A stretch of DNA of 64,000 bases from Escherichia coli (GCF_003334815.1 NZ_QOWO01000024.1); one strand, 5' to 3'. Positions 29,463-48,484 are shown, numbered from the stretch's first letter. A program made the numbers and translations. The notes: a model not told the origin generated them from the sequence alone.

Positions 29463-29507
29463 GTTGTAGGCCAGATAAGACGCATAAGCGTTGTATCTGG
29501 CACTACA
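29463..29507. repeat. Single REP-like palindrome between inaA and yfaE
   Basis: GTAGGCCAGATAAGACGCATAAGCGTTGTATCTGGCAC, an imperfect palindrome related to REP units. Confidence 0.55.
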
Positions 29508-29513
29508 ACCAAT

Positions 29514-29768
29514 TCACATCTCGATTTCAATATCGCCTTTTGCCCGGCAACAACAGGGCAAAATTTCCCCCGGCTGAATAAAGGCTAACGGTTCGGCAAT
29601 CCAGTCAACTTGACCTGCAACCAGGCGTGTGCGACAGGAGCCGCAGTAACCTTCGCGACACTGGTACTCAACCGCCACATTGTGGGATTCCAGCGCCGCC
29701 AGAAGGGAAGGGTGTTCATCCTGGCACAGCAGTTGTGTGCCAGTGATGCGCAGGGTAACGCGGGCCAT
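29514..29768 (-). CDS. yfaE: 2Fe-2S ferredoxin YfaE (maintenance of the NrdB diferric-tyrosyl cofactor)
   Basis: 84 aa with the Cys pattern CREGYCGSCRTRL ... PCCC; immediately downstream of nrdB with a 1-nt stop/start overlap. Confidence 0.9.
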   Translation of the reverse strand: MARVTLRITGTQLLCQDEHPSLLAALESHNVAVEYQCREGYCGSCRTRLVAGQVDWIAEPLAFIQPGEILPCCCRAKGDIEIEM

Positions 29769-30898
29769 CAGAGCTGGAAGTTACTCAAATCGTCGGTGTC
29801 CACTTCCGAGTCAATCTGCCCGACCAGATAAGAACTGACTTCCACTTCCTGCGGAGCAACCTGCACGTTATCAGACACCAGCCAAGTGTTGATCCACGGG
29901 ATCGGGTTGGAGCGCGTCTGGAACGGCAGATCCAAACCGACTGCCTGCATACGGATATTGGTGATGTATTCAACGTACTGGCAGAGAATGTCTTTATTCA
30001 GACCAATCATCGAACCGTCGCGGAACAGATAATCCGCCCAGTCTTTCTCCTGTTGAGCTGCCTGAACAAACAGGTCATAGCACTCCTGCTTACACTCTTC
30101 GGCAATTTCCGCCATCTCAGGATCGTCCGCGCCGCTGCGCAGCAGATTCAGCATATGCTGGGTGCCGGTCAGGTGCAGGGCTTCGTCGCGGGCAATCAGG
30201 CGAATAATTTTGGCGTTGCCTTCCATCAATTCGCGTTCTGCAAATGCGAAGGAACAAGCAAAGCTGACGTAGAAACGAATCGCTTCCAGCGCGTTAACGC
30301 TCATCAGGCAGAGATACAGTTTTTTCTTCAGCTCGCGCAGGCTAACGGTCACAGTTTTACCGTTAACGGTGTGGGTACCTTCGCCCAGCAGATGCCAGTA
30401 GCTGGTCATTTCGATCAGCTCATCGTAATAGCTGGAGATCCCTTCCGCACGTTTCTGGATCTGCTCGTTGGTGACGATATCGTCAAACACAACAGACGGA
30501 TCGTTAACGATATTACGAATGATATGAGTATAGGAACGGGAATGAATCGTTTCTGAGAACGCCCAGGTTTCGACCCAGGTTTCCAGTTCCGGAATAGAAA
30601 TAAGCGGCAATAGCGCCACGTTCGGGCTACGACCCTGAATGGAATCCAGCAGCGTCTGATATTTCAGGTTGCTGATAAAGATGTGTTTTTCGTGCTCCGG
30701 CAGCGCCTGGTAATCTATACGGTCGCGGGAGACGTCAACTTCTTCCGGACGCCAGAAGAAAGAGAGCTGCTTTTCGATCAGCTTTTCGAAGATGTCATAT
30801 TTTTGCTGATCGTAGCGAGCCACGTTGACCGGCTGACCAAAGAACATCGGTTCTTTGAGCTGATCATTTTTCGTCTGTGAAAAGGTGGTATATGCCAT
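29768..30898 (-). CDS. nrdB: Class Ia ribonucleotide reductase beta subunit (R2)
   Basis: Start set at [14 protein letters not shown] (376 aa); the 453-aa track ORF is artificially extended upstream through REP elements. Confidence 0.95.
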
Positions 30899-30919
30899 GA
30901 GTGTGTCCTGTTGGGAGTT

Positions 30920-31128
<209 letters not shown>

Positions 31129-31131
31129 ATA

Positions 31132-33417
31132 TCAGATCTTACATGCGCCGCTTTCGCAGCCATCGTCCTGGATTGACGGCACCAGATCGTCTTGTGCGTC
31201 TTCAGCGCCGTCACGGGTGTTCTGATAATACAGTGTTTTGACCCCGAATTTGTAGGCGGTGAGCAGGTCTTTCAGCAACTGCTGCATCGGCACTTTTCCT
31301 GACGGGAAGCGTGACGGATCGTAGTTGGTGTTGGCAGAGATCGACTGATCGATAAATTTCTGCATGATACCCACCAGTTGCAGATAACCATCGTTACCCG
31401 GCATTTCCCACAGCAGCTCATAGGCGTCGTGCAGGTGCTCGTAGTCCGGCACCACCTGGCGCAAAATACCGTCTTTCGACGCTTTGATGCTGACGTAACC
31501 GCGCGGCGGTTCAATACCGTTAGTGGCGTTAGAGATCTGCGAAGAAGTCTCGGACGGCATCAGAGCAGAAAGCGTGGAGTTACGCAGACCGTGCGTTTTG
31601 ATTGACTCACGCAGAGCTTCCCAGTCGTAATGCAGCGGCTCATTAGCGATGGTATCCAGATCTTTCTTATAGGTATCGATCGGCAGGATCCCTTTCGCGT
31701 AAGTGGTTTCGTTAAACCACGGGCACGCGCCTTGCTCTTTCGCCAGCTCATTAGAGGCTTTCAGCAGGTAATACTGAATGGCTTCGAAGGTTTTATGCGT
31801 CAGGTTGTTGGCGCTGCCGTCGGAGTAGCGTTTACCGTGCTTCGCCAGGTAGTAAGCGAAGTTGATCACACCAATACCCAGCGTACGACGACCCATCGCT
31901 CCACGTTTGGCGGCCGGGATCGGGTAATCCTGATAATCCAGCAGCGCGTCAAGTGCACGAACCGCCAGAATTGCCAGCTCTTCCAGTTCATCCAGGTTAT
32001 TAATTGCGCCCAGGTTGAAAGCAGACAGCGTACACAGCGCGATTTCACCGTTCTCGTCGTTGACGTCGTTCAGCGGTTTGGTCGGCAGGGCTATCTCCAG
32101 GCACAGGTTAGACTGACGCACTGGCGCGATGGCCGGATCAAACGGGCTATGGGTATTGCAGTGGTCAACGTTCTGAATATAGATACGACCGGTAGACGCA
32201 CGTTCCTGCATCATCAGCGAGAACAGCTCAACGGCTTTCACACGCTGCTTGCGGATGCTGTCGTCTTTCTCATATTTGGTATACAGACGTTCAAACTCTT
32301 CCTGATCGGCGAAGAACGCGTCGTACAGCCCCGGTACGTCGGACGGGCTGAACAGGGTGATATCTTCACCTTTCAGCAGACGGGTATACATCAGTTTGTT
32401 GATTTGTACCCCGTAGTCCATATGACGCACGCGGTTGCCTTCCACACCACGGTTGTTTTTCAACACCAGCAGGCTTTCCACTTCCAGATGCCACATCGGG
32501 TAGAACAGCGTTGCCGCACCGCCGCGCACACCGCCCTGAGAGCAGGATTTCACCGCTGTCTGGAAATGTTTGTAGAACGGAATGCAGCCGGTATGGAACG
32601 CTTCACCACCGCGAATCGGGCTACCCAGCGCACGAATACGCCCGGCGTTGATGCCGATCCCGGCACGCTGGGAAACGTATTTAACAATCGCGCTGGAGGT
32701 GGCGTTGATGGAATCCAGGCTGTCACCGCACTCGATCAGTACGCAGGAGCTGAACTGACGAGTCGGGGTACGCACGCCGGACATGATTGGCGTCGGCAGC
32801 GAAATTTTAAATGTGGAAACCGCGTCGTAAAAACGCTTCACATATTGCAGGCGCGTTTCACGCGGGTAGTTCGAGAACAAGCACGCGGCAACTAGAATAT
32901 AAAGGAACTGGGCGCTCTCATAGATTTCGCCGGTCACGCGGTTCTGTACCAGATATTTGCCTTCCAGCTGCTTAACGGCAGCATAAGAGAAGGTCATATC
33001 ACGGTCGTGATCGATAAAGGTGTCCATCTGCTTGAACTCTTCTTCCGTGTAGTCTTCCAGCAGATGATTATCGTATTTGCCCATCTCGACCATTTTCACC
33101 ACGTGGTCGTACAGCGCAGGCGGCTCAAACTGGCCGTAGGCTTTTTTACGCAGGTGGAAGATCGCTAGGCGCGCGGCGAGATACTGATAATCCGGCGCAT
33201 CACGGGAGATCAGGTCTGCGGCAGCCTTGATAATGGTTTCGTGGATGTCAGAGGTCTTGATACCGTCATAAAACTGAATGTGGGAGCGCAGCTCGACCTG
33301 GGAAATCGAAACGTTATGCAGTCCTTCTGCCGCCCAATCCAGAACGCGATGGATTTTGTCGAGATTGATGCGCTCTGTGCTACCGTCGCGCTTTGTCACC
33401 AGCAGATTCTGATTCAT
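31132..33417 (-). CDS. nrdA: Class Ia ribonucleotide reductase alpha subunit (R1)
   Basis: 761 aa; N-terminal ATP-cone ([26 protein letters not shown]), C-terminal catalytic domain. Confidence 0.97.
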
Positions 33418-33492
33418 GTATGTCGTACCTGTTTTTGGAATTCTTTCCGCAATAGTTTCATGCAGACTACCTGTAGTACGGGAAGCTGCTTA

Positions 33493-33541
33493 GAACACTA
33501 TATATAGGGGGTATGTTTGGGATTCACTGCAAGATAGTGTG
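33493..33541. promoter_or_regulatory. Two NrdR boxes in the nrdAB promoter region
   Basis: AACACTATATATAGGG (33493-33509) and CACTGCAAGATAGTGTG (33525-33541), both close to the palindromic NrdR consensus acacTATATATAgtgt, with centres about 32 bp apart. Confidence 0.7.
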
Positions 33542-33570
33542 AAAATGACCCTCTTGCAAGTGCATAACTT

Positions 33571-33579
33571 TGTGGATAA
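33571..33579 (-). promoter_or_regulatory. DnaA box upstream of nrdAB
   Basis: Plus strand TGTGGATAA is the reverse complement of the DnaA box consensus TTATCCACA. Confidence 0.65.
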
Positions 33580-34112
33580 CTCAGGAAGGAAAAAGTGGCT
33601 TTCGCGCACCTTAGGTCAGACAAGGTGTCCGGGAAAGTCAATGGGAAGAGAAAAATTTGTTAAAAATAACTGTTCGGCGATTTCTTGAACGGCATAATAG
33701 GTTAGATAAATTGATATAGATGGTTTATTAATCTTTTTGCTAATGATTGCAAAAATTGATCTAAGCACGAGTCATCACATAATCTGATGTATCAGTTGTG
33801 GTCAATATATAAGCGAATGTAAGAGATTGTTGATGGCGAAATGGTTGTTTTCTATTCGGTTATTGTTAAATGCTAAGCCATTTTGTTAATTTACCTTATA
33901 TTATAAGAAAATTATTCATGACTTTAATTTAGTTTAAATATAACTGATATCCCTGAAGGTTATTAACTTGAATTATGACGCACTGATATTATTCATCAAA
34001 TAATAACAAAATAGCCATTGCACCGGGTTGAACAATTTACAAAAGAAAGATATTCCATATCGTATAATGCGATTAAATACGCCGTCTTATAGAAAATGAT
34101 GGTTAGATTAAT

Positions 34113-37100
34113 ATGCGGATTATCTTTCTACGCAAGGAGTATTTATCTTTACTCCCGTCAATGATTGCATCTCTTTTCTCTGCTAACGGTGTCGCGGCGG
34201 TCACTGATTCATGCCAGGGATATGATGTCAAAGCGAGTTGTCAGGCCAGCAGGCAAAGCCTTTCAGGCATTACGCAGGACTGGAGTATCGCTGATGGGCA
34301 ATGGCTGGTTTTTTCGGATATGACCAATAACGCCAGCGGTGGGGCCGTATTTTTGCAACAAGGAGCGGAATTTTCACTATTACCAGAAAATGAAACTGGA
34401 ATGACTCTGTTTGCCAATAACACCGTTACAGGAGAATATAATAACGGCGGGGCCATATTTGCTAAAGAAAACTCAACGCTGAATCTTACTGATGTTATTT
34501 TTTCCGGTAACGTCGCAGGCGGCTATGGTGGCGCAATCTATTCTTCTGGTACTAACGATACTGGTGCCGTCGATTTACGTGTCACTAACGCCATGTTTCG
34601 CAATAACATCGCTAATGATGGCAAAGGTGGCGCAATTTATACCATTAATAATGACGTTTATTTAAGTGATGTTATTTTTGATAACAACCAGGCATATACA
34701 TCAACAAGTTACAGTGATGGCGATGGCGGGGCAATCGATGTTACCGATAATAATAGCGACAGCAAGCATCCTTCAGGTTATACGATAGTAAATAACACTG
34801 CCTTTACAAATAACACTGCCGAAGGTTATGGCGGGGCGATATATACCAATAGCGTGACGGCTCCCTATCTTATTGATATTTCTGTTGATGACAGCTACAG
34901 CCAGAACGGAGGCGTGTTAGTCGATGAGAACAATAGCGCAGCAGGCTATGGAGATGGTCCTTCCTCTGCGGCGGGTGGCTTTATGTATCTCGGCTTAAGT
35001 GAAGTTACCTTTGATATTGCCGACGGAAAAACGCTGGTTATTGGCAATACAGAGAATGACGGAGCTGTTGACTCTATTGCTGGTACCGGGTTAATCACCA
35101 AAACAGGTTCCGGCGATCTGGTACTTAATGCAGATAACAATGACTTTACTGGTGAGATGCAGATTGAAAACGGTGAAGTTACCCTGGGCCGCAGCAACTC
35201 CCTGATGAATGTCGGCGATACGCATTGCCAGGACGATCCGCAAGACTGCTACGGTCTGACGATAGGGAGTATTGATCAGTATCAGAATCAGGCTGAGCTA
35301 AACGTTGGCTCGACCCAACAAACTTTTGTGCACGCATTGACGGGCTTTCAGAATGGCACTTTAAATATCGATGCTGGTGGCAACGTTACTGTTAATCAGG
35401 GCAGTTTTGCTGGCATCATCGAAGGTGCTGGTCAGCTCACCATTGCGCAAAACGGCAGCTACGTGCTGGCAGGGGCGCAGTCGATGGCGCTAACCGGCGA
35501 TATAGTCGTTGATGATGGTGCGGTGCTTTCGCTGGAAGGCGACGCGGCAGATCTTACCGCTCTCCAGGACGATCCGCAGTCGATCGTGTTAAACGGCGGT
35601 GTGCTCGATCTCTCTGATTTCTCCACCTGGCAGAGCGGCACATCATACAACGATGGCCTTGAAGTCAGTGGCAGCAGCGGAACGGTTATCGGCAGTCAGG
35701 ATGTGGTAGATCTTGCAGGTGGCGACAATTTGCATATCGGCGGCGACGGGAAAGATGGCGTCTACGTGGTGGTCGATGCGAGCGACGGGCAGGTAAGTCT
35801 GGCAAACAATAATAGTTATTTGGGCACAACACAAATCGCCTCCGGTACGCTGATGGTGAGCGACAACTCGCAGCTTGGAGATACCCACTATAACCGCCAG
35901 GTTATCTTTACCGATAAGCAACAAGAAAGCGTGATGGAGATTACCTCCGACGTTGACACGCGTTCAGATGCGGCAGGCCACGGACGTGATATTGAAATGC
36001 GCGCCGACGGTGAAGTGGCAGTTGATGCGGGGGTAGACACGCAGTGGGGCGCACTGATGGCTGACAGCAGCGGGCAGCATCAGGATGAGGGTAGCACATT
36101 GACTAAAACGGGGGCTGGTACACTGGAGCTGACCGCCAGCGGTACAACGCAGTCGGCGGTACGTGTCGAAGAAGGCACCCTGAAAGGTGATGTTGCTGAT
36201 ATCCTTCCTTATGCTTCGTCACTGTGGGTTGGTGATGGGGCAACGTTCGTTACTGGCGCGGATCAGGATATTCAGTCAATTGATGCTATTTCCAGCGGCA
36301 CTATCGACATCAGCGATGGTACGGTTTTGCGCCTGACCGGGCAGGATACTTCCGTCGCCCTTAATGCCTCACTATTTAACGGCGATGGGACGCTGGTGAA
36401 TGCCACCGATGGTGTGACGTTGACAGGTGAGCTTAATACCAACCTTGAAACTGACAGCCTGACTTATCTTTCCAACGTGACGGTTAATGGCAATCTGACC
36501 AATACGTCCGGTGCGGTTAGCCTGCAAAATGGCGTCGCTGGCGATACGCTGACGGTAAACGGTGATTATACCGGCGGCGGTACGCTACTGCTCGATAGCG
36601 AATTAAACGGCGATGACTCGGTAAGCGATCAATTGGTGATGAACGGTAATACTGCTGGCAACACAACTGTGGTGGTTAACTCCATTACAGGGATTGGTGA
36701 GCCGACATCGACAGGCATTAAAGTGGTTGATTTCGCAGCTGATCCCACGCAGTTTCAAAACAATGCGCAGTTCAGTCTGGCAGGCAGCGGCTACGTCAAT
36801 ATGGGAGCGTATGACTACACGCTGGTGGAAGATAACAACGACTGGTATCTGCGATCGCAAGAAGTAACGCCGCCATCGCCACCTGATCCAGACCCGACTC
36901 CCGATCCTGATCCCACGCCGGATCCTGATCCAACACCCGACCCGGAACCTACGCCTGCTTACCAGCCGGTGTTGAATGCCAAAGTTGGCGGTTATCTCAA
37001 TAACCTGCGGGCGGCAAATCAGGCGTTTATGATGGAGCGACGCGATCACGCAGGTGGCGATGGTCAGACGCTGAATTTACGTGTTATCGGCGGAGATTAT

Positions 37101-37865
37101 CATTACACAGCAGCGGGGCAACTGGCTCAACATGAAGACACTTCTACGGTGCAACTTAGCGGCGATCTGTTTAGCGGGCGCTGGGGCACGGATGGCGAGT
37201 GGATGCTTGGGATTGTTGGTGGCTACAGCGATAACCAGGGCGACAGCCGCTCGAATATGACCGGAACTCGCGCCGATAACCAGAACCACGGTTATGCCGT
37301 TGGGCTGACATCAAGCTGGTTTCAGCACGGTAATCAGAAGCAAGGGGCCTGGCTGGATAGCTGGCTGCAATACGCGTGGTTTAGCAATGATGTTTCCGAA
37401 CAAGAAGATGGCACAGATCATTACCACTCGTCGGGGATTATCGCCTCGCTGGAGGCGGGGTATCAGTGGTTACCGGGGCGTGGTGTGGTGATTGAACCGC
37501 AGGCGCAGGTGATTTATCAGGGCGTGCAGCAGGATGATTTTACCGCCGCTAACCGTGCGCGCGTGTCACAATCGCAGGGTGATGATATTCAGACGCGGCT
37601 GGGTTTACACAGCGAATGGCGTACCGCTGTTCATGTCATACCAACATTAGATCTGAATTATTATCACGATCCCCATTCGACGGAAATTGAAGAGGATGGC
37701 AGCACTATCAGTGACGATGCGGTGAAGCAACGGGGTGAAATAAAAGTGGGAGTCACGGGCAATATCAGTCAGCGAGTGTCCCTGCGCGGCAGCGTGGCGT
37801 GGCAGAAAGGGAGTGATGATTTTGCCCAGACGGCAGGGTTTTTGTCGATGACGGTGAAATGGTAA
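34113..37865 (+). CDS. yfaL: Autotransporter adhesin YfaL (EhaC-like): repeat-rich passenger, Pro-rich linker, C-terminal beta-barrel
   Basis: 1250 aa; repeated GGAIY motifs in the passenger, a (PDPDPT)n linker, and a C-terminal translocator ending in an aromatic residue (VKW). Confidence 0.9.
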   Translation: MRIIFLRKEYLSLLPSMIASLFSANGVAAVTDSCQGYDVKASCQASRQSLSGITQDWSIADGQWLVFSDMTNNASGGAVFLQQGAEFSLLPENETGMTLFANNTVTGEYNNGGAIFAKENSTLNLTDVIFSGNVAGGYGGAIYSSGTNDTGAVDLRVTNAMFRNNIANDGKGGAIYTINNDVYLSDVIFDNNQAYTSTSYSDGDGGAIDVTDNNSDSKHPSGYTIVNNTAFTNNTAEGYGGAIYTNSVTAPYLIDISVDDSYSQNGGVLVDENNSAAGYGDGPSSAAGGFMYLGLSEVTFDIADGKTLVIGNTENDGAVDSIAGTGLITKTGSGDLVLNADNNDFTGEMQIENGEVTLGRSNSLMNVGDTHCQDDPQDCYGLTIGSIDQYQNQAELNVGSTQQTFVHALTGFQNGTLNIDAGGNVTVNQGSFAGIIEGAGQLTIAQNGSYVLAGAQSMALTGDIVVDDGAVLSLEGDAADLTALQDDPQSIVLNGGVLDLSDFSTWQSGTSYNDGLEVSGSSGTVIGSQDVVDLAGGDNLHIGGDGKDGVYVVVDASDGQVSLANNNSYLGTTQIASGTLMVSDNSQLGDTHYNRQVIFTDKQQESVMEITSDVDTRSDAAGHGRDIEMRADGEVAVDAGVDTQWGALMADSSGQHQDEGSTLTKTGAGTLELTASGTTQSAVRVEEGTLKGDVADILPYASSLWVGDGATFVTGADQDIQSIDAISSGTIDISDGTVLRLTGQDTSVALNASLFNGDGTLVNATDGVTLTGELNTNLETDSLTYLSNVTVNGNLTNTSGAVSLQNGVAGDTLTVNGDYTGGGTLLLDSELNGDDSVSDQLVMNGNTAGNTTVVVNSITGIGEPTSTGIKVVDFAADPTQFQNNAQFSLAGSGYVNMGAYDYTLVEDNNDWYLRSQEVTPPSPPDPDPTPDPDPTPDPDPTPDPEPTPAYQPVLNAKVGGYLNNLRAANQAFMMERRDHAGGDGQTLNLRVIGGDYHYTAAGQLAQHEDTSTVQLSGDLFSGRWGTDGEWMLGIVGGYSDNQGDSRSNMTGTRADNQNHGYAVGLTSSWFQHGNQKQGAWLDSWLQYAWFSNDVSEQEDGTDHYHSSGIIASLEAGYQWLPGRGVVIEPQAQVIYQGVQQDDFTAANRARVSQSQGDDIQTRLGLHSEWRTAVHVIPTLDLNYYHDPHSTEIEEDGSTISDDAVKQRGEIKVGVTGNISQRVSLRGSVAWQKGSDDFAQTAGFLSMTVKW
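36868..36960 (+). repeat. In-frame tandem 18-bp repeats encoding the (PDPDPT)n linker within yfaL
   Basis: ccgactcccgatcctgat / cccacgccggatcctgat / ccaacacccgacccggaa, translating to PPSPPDPDPTPDPDPTPDPDPTPDPEPTPA. Confidence 0.85.
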
Positions 37866-37879
37866 TCACTGTCTAGTCG

Positions 37880-37980
<101 letters not shown>

Positions 37981-37992
37981 CAAACATCAACC

Positions 37993-38715
37993 TCACTTAT
38001 TCTGCGTGTGCAGCATATAGTTCACATCCACGCCGGGGCCGAGTTTAAAAGTATTAGTGATCGGGTTGTAATGCAGCCCAGTGATATGCCGCTCTTTTAA
38101 ACTGGTCTGATCCACCCAGCCCAGCAATTCTGCCGGTTTAATAAACTTCTTCACATCATGCGTGCCTTTGGGCACCATGCGCAAAATATATTCCGCACCA
38201 ACCACCGCCATCAGCCATGACTTGCCGTTGCGGTTAAGTGTCGAGAAAAAGACATCGCCGCCTGGTTTCACCAGTTGCGCACAGGCTCTGACCACTGACT
38301 GCGGATCGGGGACGTGCTCCAGCATCTCCATGCAGGTCACCACATCATACTGCCCGGCATGTTTTGCCGCGTGCTCTTCCACGGTTTCCTGCACGTAATC
38401 CACCTGAATGCCGCTTTCCAGTGCGTGCAGTTTTGCCACCTGCAATGGCTCAAAGCCCATATCCAGACCGGTCACCGTCGCGCCTTCGCGCGCCATACTC
38501 TCGGCCAGAATGCCGCCGCCACAACCGACATCGAGCACCTTTTTGCCAAATAAACCGCCAGCACGCTCGGCAATATAGCCCAGACGCAGCGGGTTAATGC
38601 GGTGCAGCGGTTTGAACTCACCTTCCAGATCCCACCAGCGGGAGGCGACGGCTTCAAATTTAGCGATCTCTTCGTGGTCTACGTTATGGTTTACCGGCGA
38701 TTTTTCGGCATTCAT
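37993..38715 (-). CDS. ubiG: Ubiquinone biosynthesis O-methyltransferase
   Basis: Start set at [10 protein letters not shown] (240 aa); SAM-binding motif [12 protein letters not shown]. Confidence 0.93.
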
Positions 38716-38861
38716 TGGCACTTCTACTCCGTAATTGGCAAGACAAACGAGTATATCAGGCATTGGATGTGAATAAAGCGTATAGGTTTACCTCAAACTG
38801 CGCGGCTGTGTTATAATTTGCGACCTTTGAATCCGGGATACAGTAGAGGGATAGCGGTTAG

Positions 38862-41489
38862 ATGAGCGACCTTGCGAGAGAAATTACACCGGTCAACATT
38901 GAGGAAGAGCTGAAGAGCTCCTATCTGGATTATGCGATGTCGGTCATTGTTGGCCGTGCGCTGCCAGATGTCCGAGATGGCCTGAAGCCGGTACACCGTC
39001 GCGTACTTTACGCCATGAACGTACTAGGCAATGACTGGAACAAAGCCTATAAAAAATCTGCCCGTGTCGTTGGTGACGTAATCGGTAAATACCATCCCCA
39101 TGGTGACTCGGCGGTCTATGACACGATCGTCCGCATGGCGCAGCCATTCTCGCTGCGTTATATGCTGGTAGACGGTCAGGGTAACTTCGGTTCTATCGAC
39201 GGCGACTCTGCGGCGGCAATGCGTTATACGGAAATCCGTCTGGCGAAAATTGCCCATGAACTGATGGCCGATCTCGAAAAAGAGACGGTCGATTTCGTTG
39301 ATAACTATGACGGCACGGAAAAAATTCCGGACGTCATGCCAACCAAAATTCCTAACCTGCTGGTGAACGGTTCTTCCGGTATCGCCGTAGGTATGGCAAC
39401 CAACATCCCGCCGCACAACCTGACGGAAGTCATCAACGGTTGTCTGGCGTATATTGATGATGAAGACATCAGCATTGAAGGGCTGATGGAACACATCCCG
39501 GGGCCGGACTTCCCGACGGCGGCAATCATTAACGGTCGTCGCGGTATTGAAGAAGCTTACCGTACCGGTCGCGGCAAGGTGTATATCCGCGCTCGCGCAG
39601 AAGTGGAAGTTGACGCCAAAACCGGTCGTGAAACCATTATCGTCCACGAAATTCCGTATCAGGTAAACAAAGCGCGCCTGATCGAGAAGATTGCGGAACT
39701 GGTAAAAGAAAAACGCGTGGAAGGCATCAGCGCGCTGCGTGACGAGTCTGACAAAGACGGTATGCGCATCGTGATTGAAGTGAAACGCGATGCGGTCGGT
39801 GAAGTTGTGCTCAACAACCTCTACTCCCAGACCCAGTTGCAGGTTTCTTTCGGTATCAACATGGTGGCATTGCACCATGGTCAGCCGAAGATCATGAACC
39901 TGAAAGACATCATCGCGGCGTTTGTTCGTCACCGCCGTGAAGTGGTGACCCGTCGTACTATTTTCGAACTGCGTAAAGCTCGCGATCGTGCTCATATCCT
40001 TGAAGCATTAGCCGTGGCGCTGGCGAACATCGACCCGATCATCGAACTGATCCGTCATGCGCCGACGCCTGCAGAAGCGAAAACTGCGCTGGTTGCTAAT
40101 CCGTGGCAGCTGGGCAACGTTGCCGCGATGCTCGAACGTGCTGGCGACGATGCTGCGCGTCCGGAATGGCTGGAGCCAGAGTTCGGCGTGCGTGATGGTC
40201 TGTACTACCTGACCGAACAGCAAGCTCAGGCGATTCTGGATCTGCGTTTGCAGAAACTGACCGGTCTTGAGCACGAAAAACTGCTCGACGAATACAAAGA
40301 GCTGCTGGATCAGATCGCGGAACTGTTGCGTATTCTTGGTAGCGCCGATCGTCTGATGGAAGTGATCCGTGAAGAGCTGGAGCTGGTTCGTGAACAGTTC
40401 GGTGACAAACGTCGTACTGAAATCACCGCCAACAGCGCAGACATCAACCTGGAAGATCTGATCACCCAGGAAGATGTGGTCTTGACGCTCTCTCACCAGG
40501 GCTACGTTAAGTATCAGCCGCTTTCTGAATACGAAGCGCAGCGTCGTGGCGGGAAAGGTAAATCTGCCGCACGTATTAAAGAAGAAGACTTTATCGACCG
40601 ACTGCTGGTGGCGAACACTCACGACCATATTCTGTGCTTCTCCAGCCGTGGTCGCGTCTATTCGATGAAAGTTTATCAGTTGCCGGAAGCCACTCGTGGC
40701 GCGCGCGGTCGTCCGATCGTCAACCTGCTGCCGCTGGAGCAGGACGAACGTATCACTGCGATCCTGCCAGTGACCGAGTTTGAAGAAGGCGTGAAAGTCT
40801 TCATGGCGACCGCTAACGGTACCGTGAAGAAAACTGTCCTCACCGAGTTCAACCGTCTGCGTACCGCCGGTAAAGTGGCGATCAAACTGGTTGACGGCGA
40901 TGAGCTGATCGGCGTTGACCTGACCAGCGGCGAAGACGAAGTAATGCTGTTCTCCGCTGAAGGTAAAGTGGTGCGCTTTAAAGAGTCTTCTGTCCGTGCG
41001 ATGGGCTGCAACACCACCGGTGTTCGCGGTATTCGCTTAGGTGAAGGCGATAAAGTCGTCTCTCTGATCGTGCCTCGTGGCGATGGCGCAATCCTCACCG
41101 CAACGCAAAACGGTTACGGTAAACGTACCGCAGTGGCGGAATACCCAACCAAGTCGCGTGCGACGAAAGGGGTTATCTCCATCAAGGTTACCGAACGTAA
41201 CGGTTTAGTTGTTGGCGCGGTACAGGTAGATGACTGCGACCAGATCATGATGATCACCGATGCCGGTACGCTGGTACGTACTCGCGTTTCGGAAATCAGC
41301 ATCGTGGGCCGTAACACCCAGGGCGTGATCCTCATCCGTACTGCGGAAGATGAAAACGTAGTGGGTCTGCAACGTGTTGCTGAACCGGTTGACGAGGAAG
41401 ATCTGGATACCATCGACGGCAGTGCCGCGGAAGGGGACGATGAAATCGCTCCGGAAGTGGACGTTGACGACGAGCCAGAAGAAGAATAA
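38862..41489 (+). CDS. gyrA: DNA gyrase subunit A
   Basis: 875 aa; active-site Tyr region AAMRYTE; quinolone-resistance-determining region reads [11 protein letters not shown]; acidic C-terminal tail. Confidence 0.98.
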   Translation: MSDLAREITPVNIEEELKSSYLDYAMSVIVGRALPDVRDGLKPVHRRVLYAMNVLGNDWNKAYKKSARVVGDVIGKYHPHGDSAVYDTIVRMAQPFSLRYMLVDGQGNFGSIDGDSAAAMRYTEIRLAKIAHELMADLEKETVDFVDNYDGTEKIPDVMPTKIPNLLVNGSSGIAVGMATNIPPHNLTEVINGCLAYIDDEDISIEGLMEHIPGPDFPTAAIINGRRGIEEAYRTGRGKVYIRARAEVEVDAKTGRETIIVHEIPYQVNKARLIEKIAELVKEKRVEGISALRDESDKDGMRIVIEVKRDAVGEVVLNNLYSQTQLQVSFGINMVALHHGQPKIMNLKDIIAAFVRHRREVVTRRTIFELRKARDRAHILEALAVALANIDPIIELIRHAPTPAEAKTALVANPWQLGNVAAMLERAGDDAARPEWLEPEFGVRDGLYYLTEQQAQAILDLRLQKLTGLEHEKLLDEYKELLDQIAELLRILGSADRLMEVIREELELVREQFGDKRRTEITANSADINLEDLITQEDVVLTLSHQGYVKYQPLSEYEAQRRGGKGKSAARIKEEDFIDRLLVANTHDHILCFSSRGRVYSMKVYQLPEATRGARGRPIVNLLPLEQDERITAILPVTEFEEGVKVFMATANGTVKKTVLTEFNRLRTAGKVAIKLVDGDELIGVDLTSGEDEVMLFSAEGKVVRFKESSVRAMGCNTTGVRGIRLGEGDKVVSLIVPRGDGAILTATQNGYGKRTAVAEYPTKSRATKGVISIKVTERNGLVVGAVQVDDCDQIMMITDAGTLVRTRVSEISIVGRNTQGVILIRTAEDENVVGLQRVAEPVDEEDLDTIDGSAAEGDDEIAPEVDVDDEPEEE

Positions 41490-41506
41490 TTTTACTTCTT
41501 CATGCC

Positions 41507-41530
41507 AAAAGGGAGCTATCTCCCTTGTTT
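41507..41530 (+). terminator. Rho-independent terminator downstream of gyrA
   Basis: AAAAGGGAG-ctat-CTCCCTTGTTT: GC stem plus T-tract 18 bp after the gyrA stop; a second weaker hairpin with T-run follows at about 41543-41568. Confidence 0.65.
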
Positions 41531-41637
41531 GAATTGAAAAGTCCAGGCTGCAAAGTCTGGGCTTTTGTCGTATTAGGGCACGGTAAAGTTTGGCTGTGCC
41601 CGTAAAAAATGGCTGGCTATACACAAGGAATGTGGCA

Positions 41638-48484
<6,847 letters not shown>

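Noticed and set aside
31630-32895. 421-aa plus-strand ORF antisense to nrdA
   Set aside because: Contained within nrdA on the opposite strand; composition is a mirror-frame artifact with no recognisable domain.
39024-39995. 323-aa minus-strand ORF antisense to gyrA (similar ones at 40008-40628 and 41205-41624)
   Set aside because: Antisense to an essential, highly conserved gene; no ribosome-binding site and no plausible product.
41575-41601. Hairpin GGGCACGG...CTGTGCCC before yfaA, considered as a terminator
   Set aside because: Not followed by a T-tract on either strand; more likely part of the yfaA leader or promoter region.
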